A DNA stretch of 5,563 nt from a virus (Duplodnaviria > Heunggongvirae > Uroviricota > Caudoviricetes), in IMG/VR virus record IMGVR_UViG_2657244940_000011. The stretch is one strand, 5' to 3'. How positions within the stretch are numbered: the stretch's first letter is position 1; every line of letters starts with the position of its first letter. The position numbers and the translations under genes are program-made. Shown here piece after piece: positions 5,272 to 5,563 of the stretch. The notes beneath the pieces were generated by a model. It was not told where the DNA came from. It searched no databases and saw only the letters and a list, made by a program, of their open reading frames with translations.

Positions 5272-5373
5272 CGTATTGCGGGCTGTAGTCTTCCTCCTGC
5301 CATTGTCCTGTAACTTCCGGACTTCAGCTCGCTCCTTATCTGACTCACAACATTATCCCGACCGGGAGGATTC

Positions 5374-5563
5374 ATGACATTTAAACACTACGATGTGGTC
5401 AGGGCGGCGTCGCCGTCAGACCTTGCGGAGCGACTGACACAAAAACTGAAGGAGGGGTGGCAGCCATTTGGCAGCCCTGTCGCCATCACGCCTTATACCC
5501 TGATGCAGGCCATTGCGGCGGAAGGTGATGTCACCACACCTGTGGTGGTGAAGCCGTCGGATG
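5374..5563 (+). CDS. Hypothetical late-region phage protein, 5' end only (runs off the window)
   Basis: ATG 5374 is preceded by GGAGG at 5365-5369 (4-nt spacing). The frame is open for 63 codons to the window end (MTFKHYDVVRAASPSDLAERLTQKLKEGWQPFGSPVAITPYTLMQAIAAEGDVTTPVVVKPSD...). Not in the ORF track because there is no stop in the window. Confidence 0.6.
   Translation, partial: MTFKHYDVVRAASPSDLAERLTQKLKEGWQPFGSPVAITPYTLMQAIAAEGDVTTPVVVKPSD

Noticed and set aside
4000-5370. tRNA genes between Q and the late genes (common in related phages)
   Set aside because: I looked on both strands for T-arm-like GGTTCGAAT-type motifs with flanking acceptor or T-stem complementarity and found none. 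The GC hairpins do not have cloverleaf spacing. Not excluded without tRNAscan-SE or Aragorn, but unsupported by eye.

Overview
Working by eye only (no searches run), this window reads as the nin-to-Q segment of a lambdoid prophage from an E. coli-like enterobacterium, with every supported gene on the + strand. From left to right: a Hok-family type I toxin gene (42-197) with its terminator; a two-gene module (small ORF 413-592 plus Doc/Fic-family toxin 602-1096) bracketed by near-identical terminator-containing direct repeats, which looks like an inserted moron; two small ORFs of unknown function (1297-1557, 1624-1902); a tightly coupled chain of DUF968/HNH-like protein (1904-2968), RusA Holliday-junction resolvase (2969-3334) and a Q-type late antiterminator (3331-3897); a putative PR'/tR' unit; then a ~1.4 kb terminator-dense, mostly non-coding stretch (3999-5373) holding a 59-aa HTH-like ORF missed by the ORF track, two tandem ~250-bp repeat units that each carry the same three GC-rich hairpins, and the 5' end of a late-region gene (5374 onward). 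The best candidates for something undescribed are the Doc module with its unrecognised partner and the conserved-hairpin tandem repeats. No rRNA, tRNA, CRISPR array, transposase or integrase was recognisable.
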